Shown: positions 11,920 to 27,720 of the stretch, in pieces
Numbering within the stretch: the first letter of the stretch is position 1
Layout: every line of letters begins with the position of its first letter
Assembly (NCBI RefSeq): GCF_009914755.1
Contig: NC_060927.1
DNA: 64,000 nt
Source: the human T2T-CHM13v2.0 reference genome, Homo sapiens
Strand: one strand, 5' to 3'
Position numbers and translations under genes: made by a program
Notes under the pieces: generated by a model
The model's database searches: none
Seen by the model: only the letters and a program-made list of their open reading frames with translations
Told to the model about the DNA's origin: nothing

Positions 11920-12620
11920 GGCTGCCCCCACCACAGGAGTGTCTAACCTAGTTGAGCTGATGAAACAAGAATACAGGCCAATGCAGTCCTAAGTAATGGG
12001 GCCGACTCCAGGAGATGGGACTTCATAGAAGAGATGGGACTTGAGCCGAGCTCTTAAGAAAGGTAGGATGTGGATGGAAAATCTATAGGTTTTTGAGCAG
12101 GAGAGTGTTAAGAAAAACATTTGAACAGTGGCACATGGCAAGAAATGGGTAAGGCGGAATTGGGGGCAGGCAGAAGGATATCAGTTGGAACAGGCCTGGG
12201 GTGATGACAGTTGCATCTACACTAGTGGTGGAATGGTTATAGAAGGAAGGGATCCAAGAGAAATCTCTACAGAATAACGAGGTCTGGCAACATCCTGAAT
12301 AGAGAGAGGAAGGAGAGAGTCTGGGGGGCTGCCAGATCTTTGGCTTCTAGGGCCTGGAGGGTTGGTTGTGTGTCTCTATCAGAAATGAAGCCTGGGAAAG
12401 GTGTCCCGTGAGGGTGGGGTGGGCAATGATGAGTCAGTTATGGACGCGTCTCAAGGACAGTGAAACATCCCACCGACAGCTGCCAATATTGGCTAAAGAT
12501 GCATATCTGGGCGTCACCTGTGTAGGGGTGAGAAATTGAGGCAGAGGAACAAATGAGCTCAGGAGAAAAAGGTGGGCATGGAAGGCTGAGGGCGGCTAGG
12601 GCGTGGAAGGAAAAGGGGGA
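11920..12620 (-). mobile_element. L2 fossil
   Basis: Purine-rich decayed L2 words (GGTTTTTGAGCAGGAGAGTG, GGGACTTGAGCCGAG). Confidence 0.55.
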
Positions 12621-15600
12621 GCACAGACAGCAGAAGAACAGCCCACAAGGGGTCTCTGTGCAAATCAGAAAAGGCACCTTTCTCTCCAGGAGATGCAGCA
12701 CATGGCCAGGGTATGGGGCTTGGCTAGCAGAGTGTAGTTTGGATTTCAGCCCCTGTCACCTCCTCATGCAGTCAACAGCCTGCACAATGGTATGAGAACT
12801 CTGACAGCAAAGCAGCCGAGAGTAGAGTAGGAACATTCAGAGAATTGGGAGGAAAACCAGGAAGCCTAGAGAGCTCCCAGAAATGGATGATGAATGCCAT
12901 GTAAGAGAAATCATTTGGCAAATGTCGGGATAAAACAGCCAAAAAAAAAAAAAGCTTTTAAACTTCTGCTGAAACCTGAACTAGTAACCTGGAGTGTAAG
13001 CCAGGCAGAGGCAGTGATGTCCTGTGTAAGAAGAATTAATGCAGGAGGACTGAAATGGGCCCTGGATATATCTCTGCCTCTAACATATGGTGTGACATGG
13101 GGCAAGGTGCTTGACCTCTCTGGGCCTCAGTTTCCTCAGCTATAAAATGCAGAGGTTATAGATGATGCCTAAGTCCCTTAAGCTGTAAGAATTCTATTAA
13201 TTAGAAAGCTCAGGAATTTACCACTTCAGATGTTCCTGAATATCAAACTTCACTCTCCCAAGGAAGCTAACCTAAATGGCCAAACTAAAGAAAGTGGTTA
13301 TGTATACAGTCACATGAGGGTGTTGCTAGGTTCTGAAGGGGGGATTAAAGTTGGCTCTCATAGTCAAAGGATTCTCATAAGCAATGCCTTTTCATTCCCT
13401 CCCAGATCATGGCAGAGGGAATCAGGGAAGCAGTAATGGAACCCCAATTGAGTGTCCTGATTTTGTTTCTAGTGAACTGGGTGGAACCCTCTACTCCCCT
13501 AGAATACTATTAATAAATTTTTTATTCTACTTGCATTTGCCTTGCAAGGAGAAAAGGGAAGAAAAGAAAGGAGAGAAAGGCTAAAGGAAATTCACATGCG
13601 ATTCACAATTCTTCATTCCTGCCAAGAACCTGTCACTGAAGTATGTCTGGGGCTGCCAGGGCTCACATTTACTCAGCATTCATGCTCTAATTATTTCCAC
13701 ATGTAGTTCAAGGAAAATGGTTGATCAAAAGTTTAAAAAAAAAAATCCCACACACCTAAATCCCAGTACCTTCAAATCAAAGAAGGGAGAAAGCTCTAGG
13801 GCAGCTGTGGGAAAATTCTCAAGACAGGCAGTTTTAGAAGCATCCCCTGCAGTGCCTGCCACATCTGGGCCAACATCCCTACACATTCCCATCCCTCCAT
13901 CCCATGCAAGCCCACCCTCCACCCACCCCCAGCTTCCCAAGCCCTGAACCCATTAGGATTTGCATTCTTTGGAGTTCCAAGTGGAATGTAGGATTTATTC
14001 CCCTGATATGGTGGAAGGCAGATGAGATGGATATCGCCTAAGAGGTATCTAGTTCTCCACTCCACCCATTTTTGCCTTGGGTGCCACTGAATTTAAGTAG
14101 TCCCTGGGTGGTTCCTGATACCACAGACCTGCTGGGAATAGAATCCACTGTGGCAGAGAGCTTGCTTGCTTCCCTGAGCTGGAACAGTACCCCCATCACT
14201 TCTGTGGCTGCTTTCCATTACCCCAATTTGCACATGATTCCCCCTAAACCTGCAAGCCAAGCCACTATTCTCGACGGTGGTCCACATGCCCTGGCACTGA
14301 GTTGGATGCCCGACACTGTCACCTACTGCCTTCTACCTGGGCACTGTTAACAAAGTCTTTGGCATATGGCACAGAGCGTTTTTCCTCTCTCCTGGGTGAC
14401 TTCATTGTTCATGTAGCCTCGAGATCTGTGGGCTCCTCACTTCGAGCAACCCTCCACTTCTTAGGGACCCTGGATACTGAAAGCTTTGGGAAGTGTCTGT
14501 AAGCAGAGCAGGTAGCCACAGCAGATTTAAGCTGTAAGTGGACTAAAATTTAAAAAAAGGGTCTAGGGCTCCCAAGGCTCTATGTTTTGAAATGAGAACT
14601 CATTAGCCTTTGAAAATGTCAGCATGATGAGGAATTGTCAGATGCTTCTTTAACCTTCAGATAGGCAGAGAATGTCCCACAAGACCACCTAAAAAAATAA
14701 TGTCACCATCTGGGAAGTCTGATTTGTTGTCTGGCTTGCCCAAATTCTCCCTGTCCTTCAACGCTTGGGTCAAGTTACACCACTCCATCCTCAGTGACCT
14801 TTTACTTTCTACTGGTATGAATTCCCCCTTCCTTCTCTGAACTTTGATTCCTCTTTGTATGAACTCATTTTGATCATTTATTTTTTTAAAAACAGAACTG
14901 ACTGTGTGGATTTTGTCTTTCTGGCTGAACTACAAGCTCCTAGAGGACAAAGATTCTGTTTGTCCATCCTTTTGTAGGACCTAGTATACCTTGTGCCACT
15001 CCATTAACCTTTGTTGAAAGCAAAAAAAGGTGGATTGAACCACACTGCCCTGGGGACTTGGGATAGGGACAGAGAGGAACAACACCTGTGCCAACTCCTT
15101 TCCTGGGGCTGCTCCCTCCCAGAACTGGTCTTCTTTGAGGAAATACCCTAAAGACCCTGCCCTCCACCACCAGGCCATATATATTCAGCCTGGAATTTCA
15201 CTAATTAGAGATTGTCTTAGGCCCACAGAAAGACATTGAAGAGTGTGTTTGTGCATGTGTGTGCATGCATATGTGTGTTAACGAGGTAGAAGAGCAACGG
15301 AGGACGAAAATGGCTTTCAGTCATTTCCTTTGTCCACAGTTTAAATATTTAACCTAACTGAGACATGCTGAGAGAATGAGAATTTGGTGAAGAGGAAGAT
15401 AAGGTAATGTGGGAATGTGGGGTATCTCAGAGCAAAGCAAAATTGGGTGAGATTTCTGAGTATAGGGTAGGGGCAGCCAAAGAGCTGCCTGATACCTTGG
15501 GGGCCTATACTAGGGGGAAGTAGAGATGAAGAGAAGCAAGTGAGAAGGCAGGAGAAACTGTGGAAATGGGCTTATTATCTGAGGCCAGTGCTTTGCGTGA

Positions 15601-16025
15601 ACTCTTCTGAGGAACCCCGCCCTTACACTGTCTTCTGAGGTAGAGGGAGACAGGCTGGCCAACATTTCTAGACCAGGAAAAAAGCTTCTTGCCTTGCTCT
15701 ACCCCTCCTCCACTCCCAAAATATTCTGGGGATCTCTAACTACTCCCCTCTGTCTCATCCACTAGGCTGACCTTGCAGTGGGCTGGAATACACTGAAACA
15801 CGAGTTGCCGGGACAGCAAAGCCTTAGGTGTGCCCACGTGGTTTATCTCCCCTTGGATTGGGCACATTAGTAAGAACTGTGATGCCCAACCAAGAGGTGA
15901 GACCATCTGATACAATGGTGGAGGCTGGGGGGATAGTAGGGATGTCAGGGTTGACTGAAACAAAATGGATCTGGGAGACCCAGCATAGCAAAGTAGCACC
16001 AGTCTCCACTTTAAAAACAAGGACA

Positions 16026-16351
<326 letters not shown>

Positions 16352-16946
16352 AAAAACAGGGACAAAGTCCTGGGAATCTCTGGGGGTAGTGTGGCTGCAA
16401 AGCAGTTAAGGTTCCAGCATCCTGGCAATTATTCTCTAGCCTAAGGATGCAGACAGGGTTAAAACCCAGCAAGAAACTCAAAGCTAAATGAAGTCTCCAT
16501 ATGTGTGGCTCAGTAGGGTTCTAGGAGAAGCAGACAGATGTAATTAGAAGTTCTCAGACATTGTGTTGCCACAGCAACTGCTGGCCAGGAAGAAAGTGGG
16601 GAAAACCTGGAGTCCGAGGAATACAGTCTTCCAAGGAAATGCCAGTGGTGTTCATCATGCTTGGGCTTCATGGCTGGCTCCTCCAGCTTGCCCACGCCCA
16701 GGCTCTAGAAGGCCCTCTCCCTCAAATTCCTCCTAATCCCCATTCCCACCCCTGGAGCAATTTCAAATGCACATCAAGGGCTCCCTTCAGAGGGCATCCA
16801 AAGGAAGGAATGAGGAACTCTCAGAGGAGAGTTTGTGCTGAAGAGTAATCTCTGGTCTCTGGGGCTTTCTGGAGCTGAGTGAGGATCAGTGAGGGAGGCT
16901 GCAAGTTTAATTTATGCATCACTCTGGAGCACCCATGAGTGTGGCC

Positions 16947-17055
16947 TTCAGCCATATATTTTATCATCCAAATGGGGACATTTGAGAGTTAAAGGAAACC
17001 TTTTAAACAGACACACTTGGACAACAGGACTAAACTGTGACACATGGTCACCTTA
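16947..17055. mobile_element. MER81-like hAT DNA transposon fossil
   Basis: CCATATATTTTATCATCCAAATGGGGACA...ACATGGTCACCTTA. Confidence 0.6.
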
Positions 17056-18492
17056 ATTACTAGGCTGCCTATGGGATGGGAAAATTTGTGGTTTTTATTT
17101 TAGAGAGTGAGGATGCTAACCTGGTATCTATGGGCCCCCAGAAACCCATCCATAAATTTTGGGACTGGATTTTCAAGGGGGCATGAATTTTTCAATACTC
17201 AAAAGACCCAAACCCAAACCCAATAACCTAGGAAAGACAAACCCTAATTTACTGCTCTGGGCATGAACTGCCTTTTGTAGCCTTAATCTCCCTTGATTCA
17301 ACAGCCACAGGAGGATTTTCTAGGGTTCTGCTGCTGGGAAGCTGGGGAGCCTCAGCAGATGGGACCATCTTTGCTTCTAAGTCTTGATCATTACAAATCC
17401 TTCCAACTACTCCTCTAAAGAGACAATCATTCATTTCACACTTTGTCACCTAAGGGAGATAGTTCCCTATTCACTGTTTACAGCAATAAAGTGGTCAGTG
17501 GAGTGGGATCATTCCACAGCAGTGAGACCTAATATATCTGCCCCTGAAGGGGAGTGGTTTCCAGGAGTGCATTCTTACACATTCTTTAACATCTGAACTG
17601 AAAACAGTGGCACAGGGATCCTGTAGTCATGAAATCAGGGAAAGATCAGGCTCTCCCAGAGCACCAGCAGAAATGACTATGTTTTAGGCATAAGCTAGCC
17701 AGCCTAGATATTATGAGCATGTGGTTCAGCCACAGGCTCAGTTACAAAATTGCAGGATGTTTAAAGGGTAAGGCCCACCCAGAGTGCGTCTCCTAGAATT
17801 TTCTCAGAGACTTTGGGAATCACAGCCATCTGGTAGGAGTTCCTGACAGTTACTCATTGACTCAGGCTGGTGGTGACCCTCTTCTCAACCCTGGTTTAAG
17901 GCTGGGAGTCCCTGGGCCAACATGCCTAATTTATTGCACCTATTACTCAGACAGGTCCTGAAAAGTAGAGCACAAGTTTCTGAGCTGAGTTTGGAACTTC
18001 TCAAGATTTCTGGGGTGGTCAGGAGGGGCTCCTTAAAACCTGTAAGCATCAATTTTAACACCATTGTTCTCTACTAGGCATGGGTGTCAGGAAGTTCTGG
18101 CACCCTCTACAGGTCCCCTGGATTTTAATAGTCCAGTTTAGAGGAATGTTAATCTTTGTGGAACAAACTAAGAACTACATAAAATCAGTTCCTTTGAAAA
18201 GAAAAGCAACAATCCAAACACAAATTAATCTGCATTTCCTTATCAATATCTAACATGGAAATAGATGAAATCTATAAGTAATATACAGGACAATCAAAAA
18301 CACACCAAACATCATGCCAAGTGCCAGGGGCTCAAGGAGGAGTAAAGCACACTCTGTGTCTCTAAGGAGCTTGTAGCTTAGGTGAGAAGCTAGGGGAATG
18401 AATATATGCAATTTTAAATAACAGAACAACACAATCTAATAAGAGATAACTCAAGACAATGTGTGGCTATGGTTAAGTGACAACTGTCTAGA

Positions 18493-19104
<612 letters not shown>

Positions 19105-19118
19105 TTCTAAACAGTTAT

Positions 19119-19262
19119 GGCTGGATGCGGTGGCTCACGCCTGTTATCCCAGCACTTTGGGAGGCCAAGGCGAGACGATTCCTTGAGGCCAGGAGTTTGA
19201 GACCAGCCTGGGCAATATAGCAAGATCCTGTCTCTTAAAAAAAAAAGAAAAAGAGAAAAAAG
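19119..19262 (+). mobile_element. FLAM-like Alu left monomer
   Basis: Left arm only, then A-rich tail. Confidence 0.88.
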
Positions 19263-21059
19263 GAAATAAAAATAGTTCTGAGTTCTGACCTCACTGCATC
19301 GGAGGAGGAGGGTTTGAGGAGAAAGAGGACGACCTTCTTTAACTTGGAATACTTTTCAAGTGGTGTATAACTGAAGTCAATAGAGATTATCTGAACATAC
19401 AGGCAAGGCAGCATGTCAGGCTGCATCTGGGACCAGGATACTGAGTAATGAGGACCTAGTCCTTCAAAAATAGGCAGGCGTCATGGGCACTTAGGCTGAA
19501 TTCTGGCTGTTTTCAATGCCTGTGGACAAGTCATTTCACCCTTCTGGTCTCCTCTATAAGAAAGGTAAAATGTTTGGTACTTCCTCTCTGTAAGACTTTT
19601 TATGGCTCAGCTCAGAAACAATGACAAAAGGGCTAATTAAGCTGTACATATTTGGAGCCTTCTCTTAGCTAAATATGCTTTTTTGGGGGCATACAAATCC
19701 ATGGACAAATTTGGCAATGAGATAGATATATCTTCTCAAAACCTTTTTAAAAAATTTTCTTGGCTTGACTGCTACACTCTCTTACTGCCAGCTTTCAATA
19801 TTACACACACACAAACACAGTTTCAGTGCCTTGAGATTAAAGTCAATGAAAACATGCACATTCTATTCTTCTTGAGACATTCCTGCCTTGCATTCTTTCC
19901 TTGAAGCAGTTGGGATGTCACAGCTGGGGGGAAGGAGCTGTAAAACCTACTTATGCTGGCCAATCAGGCCTTGGCTGACAGGAGGCCCACCAATGAGGGA
20001 CTGCCAGGTATTCCGTTCCGCTGCAACAAATTCCCCCCTATTTTTTCAGAAATTAAAACCCTCCGAGACCCTCAAGCTGTACACAATGCACAAAGACCTC
20101 CTTTTTTGTTCATTCTGTTTTTCCCCAAGGACTGCATTAGAAACTCTATACAAAAATGTACTAGCTTAGTTGCTATGGATAGATTATCATTTGTGGTAAA
20201 AACACTTCCAAGTATCATGTAACAATATTGTTCTCACAGCTCTGGTATCCTTCATTTTAACTGTGTAAACACTGGAGAAATGCCACATATTTAACTGTTT
20301 GGGGTCACCCTGAGGAACTCCCAACTCCACTGAAAAATGAAGTAGTATGCTATGGTAAGTCCGGGAACTCTGACTTAAGGAGTTAAGGCCACAGGTAAGT
20401 GGAGGTGGTTGGCCCCCAGGGACTTCACTCAATGCTGACCACTGTGTTAGCGGTGGAACGTTCCCCAGAATGAGACTTCGCCTCTGAGATCTTAATGTGC
20501 AAATCCAGTGACACTGAATGCCTTTTGCTTTGTTTTATCCACACTGGAAACATCACAGTTGCCATTCAAATGAAACCAGAGAGAAAGAGTAACAGCAGGA
20601 AGGATCCAAAAAAGTAAAGGTTTCAGCAAAAGGTGAGGTCCAAAGACAAAGGTGACTAGTGACTATGGGCAAAGAATTACCAACAACAGAATTTAATGCT
20701 TTATTTCATATTCTTTGGGACATTAGCTTCCTCTGGGAATGGTGCCAAGTTATATTAAAATTGCTGATCATGGAAGGAAAGAATAAAAATATTTACTATT
20801 CAGCTAGCCTCTGCTTAACTTCCAACTTCACCTGGGACTGAGAGACTTAGAATCCAGGTGTCTGATTAAGCAAGCCCAGCACTACTATCATGTCCAAGAT
20901 TAAGCAAACTGTTGACGGGCAAGTGCTGTCAACCATCTTCCCAGATGCACAATATTCTTGCAAAATACGGCACAGAGATGACTATCATTAAGATACAAAG
21001 ATTGTAGGCACCTCTTCGTATTACATATGAGACATTTGGCCTTATTAATCCATTTAGCT

Positions 21060-21880
21060 AGTGGATTAATTCAAAAAATATTTACTAAGCATCTACTATA
21101 CACTAAGCACAACTGGTTCTAGGTATTAGAGATCCATTGCAGAATGAGAGAGACAAAGCCCTATTCTAAAGGAGTACATGCTCTAGAGGGAGGAAGGTGA
21201 ATAAACAAACAAAAATAACAAGTTCATTTCAGCCTGTGATCAGTAAGTTTAGAGGAAAATAGAGTATGTATGACAGAACTCTGGGAGAGAGGGCACCACT
21301 TAGATTGAGTGGTCAGGGAATGCTTTCTTGAGCTGGGACCTGAAGGATGAGAGCAATTCAGACGAAAGTAGAAAAGTGCAAAGGTTCTGAAGCAGGGTGG
21401 AATTTGTTACATTCCTGGAACAGAGAAAAGGCCAGTGTAGCCATAGCACTGGGTCCAAAAGCCAGAGCAGCAAGAGGTAAGCTGGGAAAAGCTGGCAAGG
21501 GGTAGAGCATGTAGGGTTTTAAAGGTACTGATAAGTCTGTATTTTATTCTTAATGCAATGGATGTCACTGGGGGGTTTTGCTCAGGGAGTGACATGATCA
21601 GATATGTGTTTTACAAAGATTACTCAGGCTGTCCTGTACAGAAAGAGCCAGGTCGCAGGAGAGAGAAAGCGGAGAGCAGCTAGGTGCTATTGCAATAGTC
21701 CAGGCACAATGATGGCAGCTTGGCTAGGGTGGTGGCGGTGGGGACAGAGGACAGTCAATGGAGAGGTGATACATTCTGACAGTACAGAAGGCAGGACTTG
21801 CTGATAGACTGGGTATGAACAGAGAAAGTGAAAAATAAAAGAGAAAATTCCTGGGTACATAAGTTGATATCCAAAAGCCC
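21060..21880 (-). mobile_element. L2 3' fragment
   Basis: ATTCAAAAAATATTTACTAAGCATCTACTAT L2 tail; CAGGGAGTGACATGATCAGAT. Confidence 0.8.
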
Positions 21881-22069
21881 AGCCAGTTCTGGGTAGGTGT
21901 GCACATGGCCATGCTGATGGTCCATTCTAGAGTCACTACCAAGAGGATCTTCTCTGAGACAGGCTCTGGGTCCAGACAAGTCCCTTGCCTTCCTGAGGAA
22001 ACTTAGTTTATGAGGTGAGTTCAGCAAGGCCACTAAGACCTGGGGTCACATATAAATAGATCCTGTTCA

Positions 22070-22285
22070 TGGGAAGTCTGTCCATGGAACACTAGCCTTG
22101 AAATATTTATGGCCTTTTTTGAAATGGTGTTCTGTGGTAAAATGTTTGGGAAACATTACTTATTATACTTCCTTCTAGAGTCATAAACGCACACAAACTT
22201 TGTAAAACTCTGGAACATCCTCTAACTAAAAAACCATTTAACCCAGCACATATATGGACTTCACTCACTACACACTTTGGGTCTA
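22070..22285. mobile_element. MER103-like DNA transposon fossil
   Basis: TCCATGGAACACTAG...TGTTTGGGAAACA...CACACTTTGGG. Confidence 0.45.
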
Positions 22286-22514
22286 GGCTCTTCATGTCTC
22301 TCCCTATGGTGTTATTACCGTTCCTTGGAATTCAAGCCATAACAACAAGGAGAACAATAGCAACTACTATTTATTGAGTACTTACCTTGTGGGAGGCACC
22401 TTTGTAGACATCATCTCCCTTGCCACACACTATGTACAGGTGCCATTTTAATTTACAGCTTTAATTATCATTTGTGAGTTGTGCTTACAGAGCATACATT
22501 TACTTACAAAAAAC

Positions 22515-22820
<306 letters not shown>

Positions 22821-25800
22821 ACAGTGATATATCTTTTCTGATCATATACATCTGCAGTGTTCACTCACAGTATTTTCTCATGAAGCACTTAACAGAAATT
22901 CTTCACTCAATCGCCTCATCTGCATTTGCTTAACCCACTAAAATTAACAGAGTTTCCCACGTGCATCACCACCTCCCTTCTTCCAGTCTTCCTCATCACT
23001 ATTTTCCTCCTCCTTATTTGTTCTACCCACTTCTAGGACAAGAACCATTTGGGGACAGTTCATTACATGCTTTGAACACTCTTAGGCTTACAATTCCTAA
23101 CTTTTGTCTCTTTCTCAGAGACTGTCATGACTTTCTGAATATGGCTACTGTCACATCTGAGCCCACAGACTGGCAGTCTAGAGCCTCAGCTATCTATCTG
23201 AGCCCCAAATACATGCACACACTTCAGCCTAGGCAGAGAAAAGACTTTTTCCTGGAGTCAGAGTCAAACAACAAATCACTGGAGAATGAGGAAGTCTTTA
23301 CATTCCAGGCCACTGTAACATGAGTAATTTCAGTCACTACACGACAATGTCATTTACACTGGGCAAAATAATTATAGCATTACCTGGAAAATAACCCAAT
23401 CAACCAACGGAAACACAGCCACTGGGGAGGAACCCAGCTTGCTCTCTAATCCACACAGCAATTCCATGGAGCAACTTAAACAGGAAATGAAGAGACTTCT
23501 ATTTGATCAAATGTGTATGGGGAATTTGGAGGAAAAACGCAATTACCTAAGCTGTAAAATGACGAACATAGTGGGGTAGTCATCCTCAAGCGCTGGTTGT
23601 TTTTACAGGATTTCATATCCCTATCACAGTTTATTTTTGTAAAAAAAAAAAAAGTATCTAAAATAGGACACGTAATAAACAAAAACAACCCCAACATGGT
23701 TTCTTATCTAGCTTATATATGTTCCTTTGTAGAAAATGAAAAAACACAAAGACTCTTCTCCAATTGTATCTGTAAGAGGAAGCGGTTAACTTTGTAACTA
23801 TCCTTTAAAACAACATGGTCCACAAGTAGCTTGGGGAGTTTTATTAAGAAATAAGTCTGCAGTGAGTACTGAAATTATTATACCCAACATTTAGCCAAGA
23901 CTTGAATGTCTGGCCTCTACTCAAAACACTTCCCAGTCCCATTCTCCCTTCTAGTTTCATCTCCCAAGAAAGGAGATTGAGAAACCCAAAATGGACTCAC
24001 ACCTGAAGTGTGTTCCTACTGGGAACTGGGGTTTTCTTTGATCACTATCAAGCCCTTGGTGCCACACAGAAAATTACCCTTCTGTGGAACAGGAGGCAGA
24101 CACCAATTAATGCATAAAGTGAATGTCTTTCTCCTTAAAATAAATAGCTAAACCAGAAAATCTGCATCTCTGCATGTGGCTGTCAGCAAGACCAAGGCCA
24201 CATAGGATAAGAAAGGAAAGAAAATAGAAAATGTCAAGGAGGGAAAACTAGAGGAAGGGGAACAAAGCACAAACAGACACATTCCTGAAAGACTGCTGGG
24301 ACTCTAGGGAGAAGCCAGGTGAATTTCCTGCTTCTGATATAGGACTCAGCCTGTCCCTGTAGCACCATAATTATAGCACATAGTGCAAAACCAGGGATGG
24401 TGGTGCCCTGGGAGAAGCGAAGCTGCGTGCTCCGAGTATTTGTGAATGACTGGCAAGCATACATCTGCCTCCATCCCAAAGCAAGTTTTGTGAGCTCGGC
24501 TGGGCCACCAAGAAGCCATGCTGGGCCCTCCTGGTAGGGACCCTGACAGTAAAGGGAACTCATTATGTCTGAGTCTTTGCTCAGGGTGAGCATCTGTATT
24601 TCTGTTTCAATAGTGTTTAGCCTCTCTGATAGAAATTCCACTGTATCAATTTCACACTACAGTTTAGGTGAGCCAGGTATATGTGTGAAGGGGATCAGAA
24701 ATTTCTCGGACCATCTTTGAGGTCCCGTCCACTTTCTTTTTCTCTGTCACAAATGTTATGCCACAAACTACAAACTTGGGCCCTCTCAATAGCTAAAAAT
24801 ACATGTAATTAGCCCAACCCTTACAGAAGCTAATAGGATATGTTGGCTGTGGGATTAGGGAGGGAAAACCTATGTCTTATTTTTGGAATATGGTAGGGAA
24901 TGAGTGAATGAATGACATGCACTTATTAAATTCATTAACAGGCAAACTTCACACCATAAAAATAAGCACTGGTTTATGTGCCTAGGCTTAGAAAGAAATC
25001 AGGGCAGTATAACATAAGTCAAACACTAAACTAAATTAAAACAAAACAAATTCCACAGGAATTTTTGTGAGAAAAGTCTCACTATTAGAGCTATAGGGAG
25101 ATGGCCATGTTCTCCTAGTGGTGAAATTTAAGTCAGTGTCTATTTGTGTGTGTGTGTGCATGTCTCCTTGTGTATTCTGTATGTACACAGACACATATCC
25201 ATGCACACACACACACACACATATAGTCTACCCTGGGGCACAGCAAAATTTAATTCAATTCTAACCTGTACTGTACCCTTACTAGAAAAGCCACCTCCAA
25301 TATTGAGCTGGCTGGCTCCCCAGTCAGGATCAATAGCACGATTTAGCACATTGGGATTTTCTAGTGAGATTCGGGAACTGGAGTACAGGCAAGGTACCAA
25401 GCATTTCAGCAGGACTAAAACATCTGCATTGGCCTCTGTTTCCTTACTGTGTTCACCCTAACAAGTCACTTGATTTAACCATTGGGTCAAAGCCAAAGAC
25501 CAGTGCCCATGGGCTGTAGTAAGAGCCTGATCTGACCAGAGATCAGGGCCAGGGGAGCAGGGCAGGCAATTCATTAATACTTGTTCAGGAGCCCCTGGAT
25601 CCTGATCATGGGCCAGGCAACATGATGAGAAAGTAATAAGAAGGATTCCAGAAAACAAAATTAGGGTCCACGCAATAGTTTCAGACAACTATTTCTGTAA
25701 GCCATTTGCAATACTGCATCATTATTTTTAAAAGAAAATGTGAACATTTACAGAAGCGAGAATAAGTTTTGTTTGCTTTTGTTTTTCAAGTAAGTTCAAT

Positions 25801-27406
25801 AAATCCCAAATTGCACACTCTGAATTAGGGGTTGTCTTCCCTTTTCCCCCCAAAATTTCTTGATCGACTACAAGGAGACCCAGGATTCTTCATTTCTTCC
25901 CCAGTGTTGTTGAGCGGTTGGCTTCTGAAGTGGAAAATCAAGTGATTCCTTTCTGTAGAGTAAACAGCATTTGGGATTCCTGGGCATGAAGACTGTTCAG
26001 GTGCCACATGCCGTACTGTTTATATTCCACTCACTACATGGCGAGAGAAAGTAAAGGACACAAGATGCCTCCTGTTTTTATTCACTCTGTTTTCTCATTC
26101 TTGAGCCAGCCTATCTTTCAAACTGTTCTTCACTAGGCTGTAAATCACCATAAGAGTTAATCAAATATCCCAATTCCATTAAGTAGAATATTTTGACAGT
26201 CTAGCCTAGAATATCCGCCTCCTTTTATATGAATAGGACTTCAAAGCTGCATTTTAGAGCCCACCTACTCTAACCCCCATATTTGGCAGATGAGGAGTCA
26301 GGTGGCTGCTCATTACCTGGGGTGCCACTGTCTGTCCTGAGTTATTCATCCCAGCCCATCTCTGGCCAGTAAATGGAGGTTCGTTTGAAGCCAGCTCACA
26401 CCAGGGATGTCTGTAAACTCAGCCACAGTTTCAGTCAGCACTGCTGCTATCTTCACTCTGAACCTTTCAAGGCAGCTGAATCCTGACAGTCTCATAAATT
26501 CACTCACCTGTTTCCTATGTGTGCGACTCGTTGCCAGTCCCCCGGGACAGTTTAAGCCTAACTAAGAAAACTGGGGAAACGAGTGAGGACAGACAACCAA
26601 AGTAAGAGCTACAGAACCATGCAGATTGTGCTAAAAAGGCACAGAGCCAAGCAGACAGTGTCTAGACTTTAACTGGCCTCTCCCAGCGGAGAGGCGTGCA
26701 GGGAGGAGGCGAGAGCAAGGCCGGAAAGCCTGCTCGGGTTTTGCTCAGCTAATGCAAACACATGACACAACCTCTGACAGGCTCCAGGCTGGGGGTTTAC
26801 TCTAAGACATTTCTTCCCAGGGGCTGGAATTCAGCTGGAGGCTGAGGAAATTCTGCTAATCCAGCAATCAGAAGGAAGCTGGGAATACTTGTTTTAATTC
26901 CTGGGGAATCACAGTTCCCAAACTAGACTGACTTGTGCGACAGCCCAAAGTAGCACACTGTGGGTACAAGAAACCAGATATTTAAGATTTCCATGTCTAT
27001 CATCTCTGCTTATCTATGAGGAAAATCCACAAAAACACAGAACTGGCTTTTGATGGAGGCCTAGTACAAAAACTTTTCAAGAGTCTAAATGAAATCAATT
27101 TATAAGATGCACAAATGTAGAAATGACTGCCATAGTCTAATAAACATCACATGACTCAGAGATAACGTTGGGTTTGGGGAGCTTTGCACATCAGTTAGAA
27201 AAAAATGTGCTCCTTCCTGTGGGTGGGCAGACAAGCCCTGTGCCACACACAGGTACATGACACACTTGTGCAGTGAACAGTCTGTACAACCCTACCTAGC
27301 AACTCTGCTGGCGTTTTAGAGCTGTCTTGCCATTTGGCCTTATTTAATGCGGAACAGTTGTGAATACATCTGAAGAACAAAGAAATTGCCTTAAAACATC
27401 CCCCAA

Positions 27407-27720
27407 GGCTGGGCACTGTGGCTCACGACTGTAATGCTAGCACTTTGGGAGGCTGAGGAGGGAGGATCGCCTAAGCCCAGGAGTTAGAGACCAGCATGGG
27501 CAACAAGGTGAAACCCTGTCTCCACTAAAAACACAAAAATTAGCTGGGCCTGATGGCACATGCCTGTAGTCCCAGCTACTCTGGAGGCTGAGGTGGAAGG
27601 ATTGCTTAAGCCAGGATGTAGAGGCTGCAGTGAGCTAAGATTGTGTCACTGCTCTCCAGCCCGGGCAACAGAGCAAGATCCTGTGTCAAAAAACAAAACA
27701 AAACAACTGCTACAAAAAAA
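27407..27720 (+). mobile_element. Alu (AluJ-like)
   Basis: Full diverged dimer with GAGGCTGCAGTGAGCT. Confidence 0.94.

Noticed and set aside
24234-24641. 135-aa ORF in the sense direction of intron 2
   Set aside because: No recognisable domain or convincing splice signals; length compatible with chance
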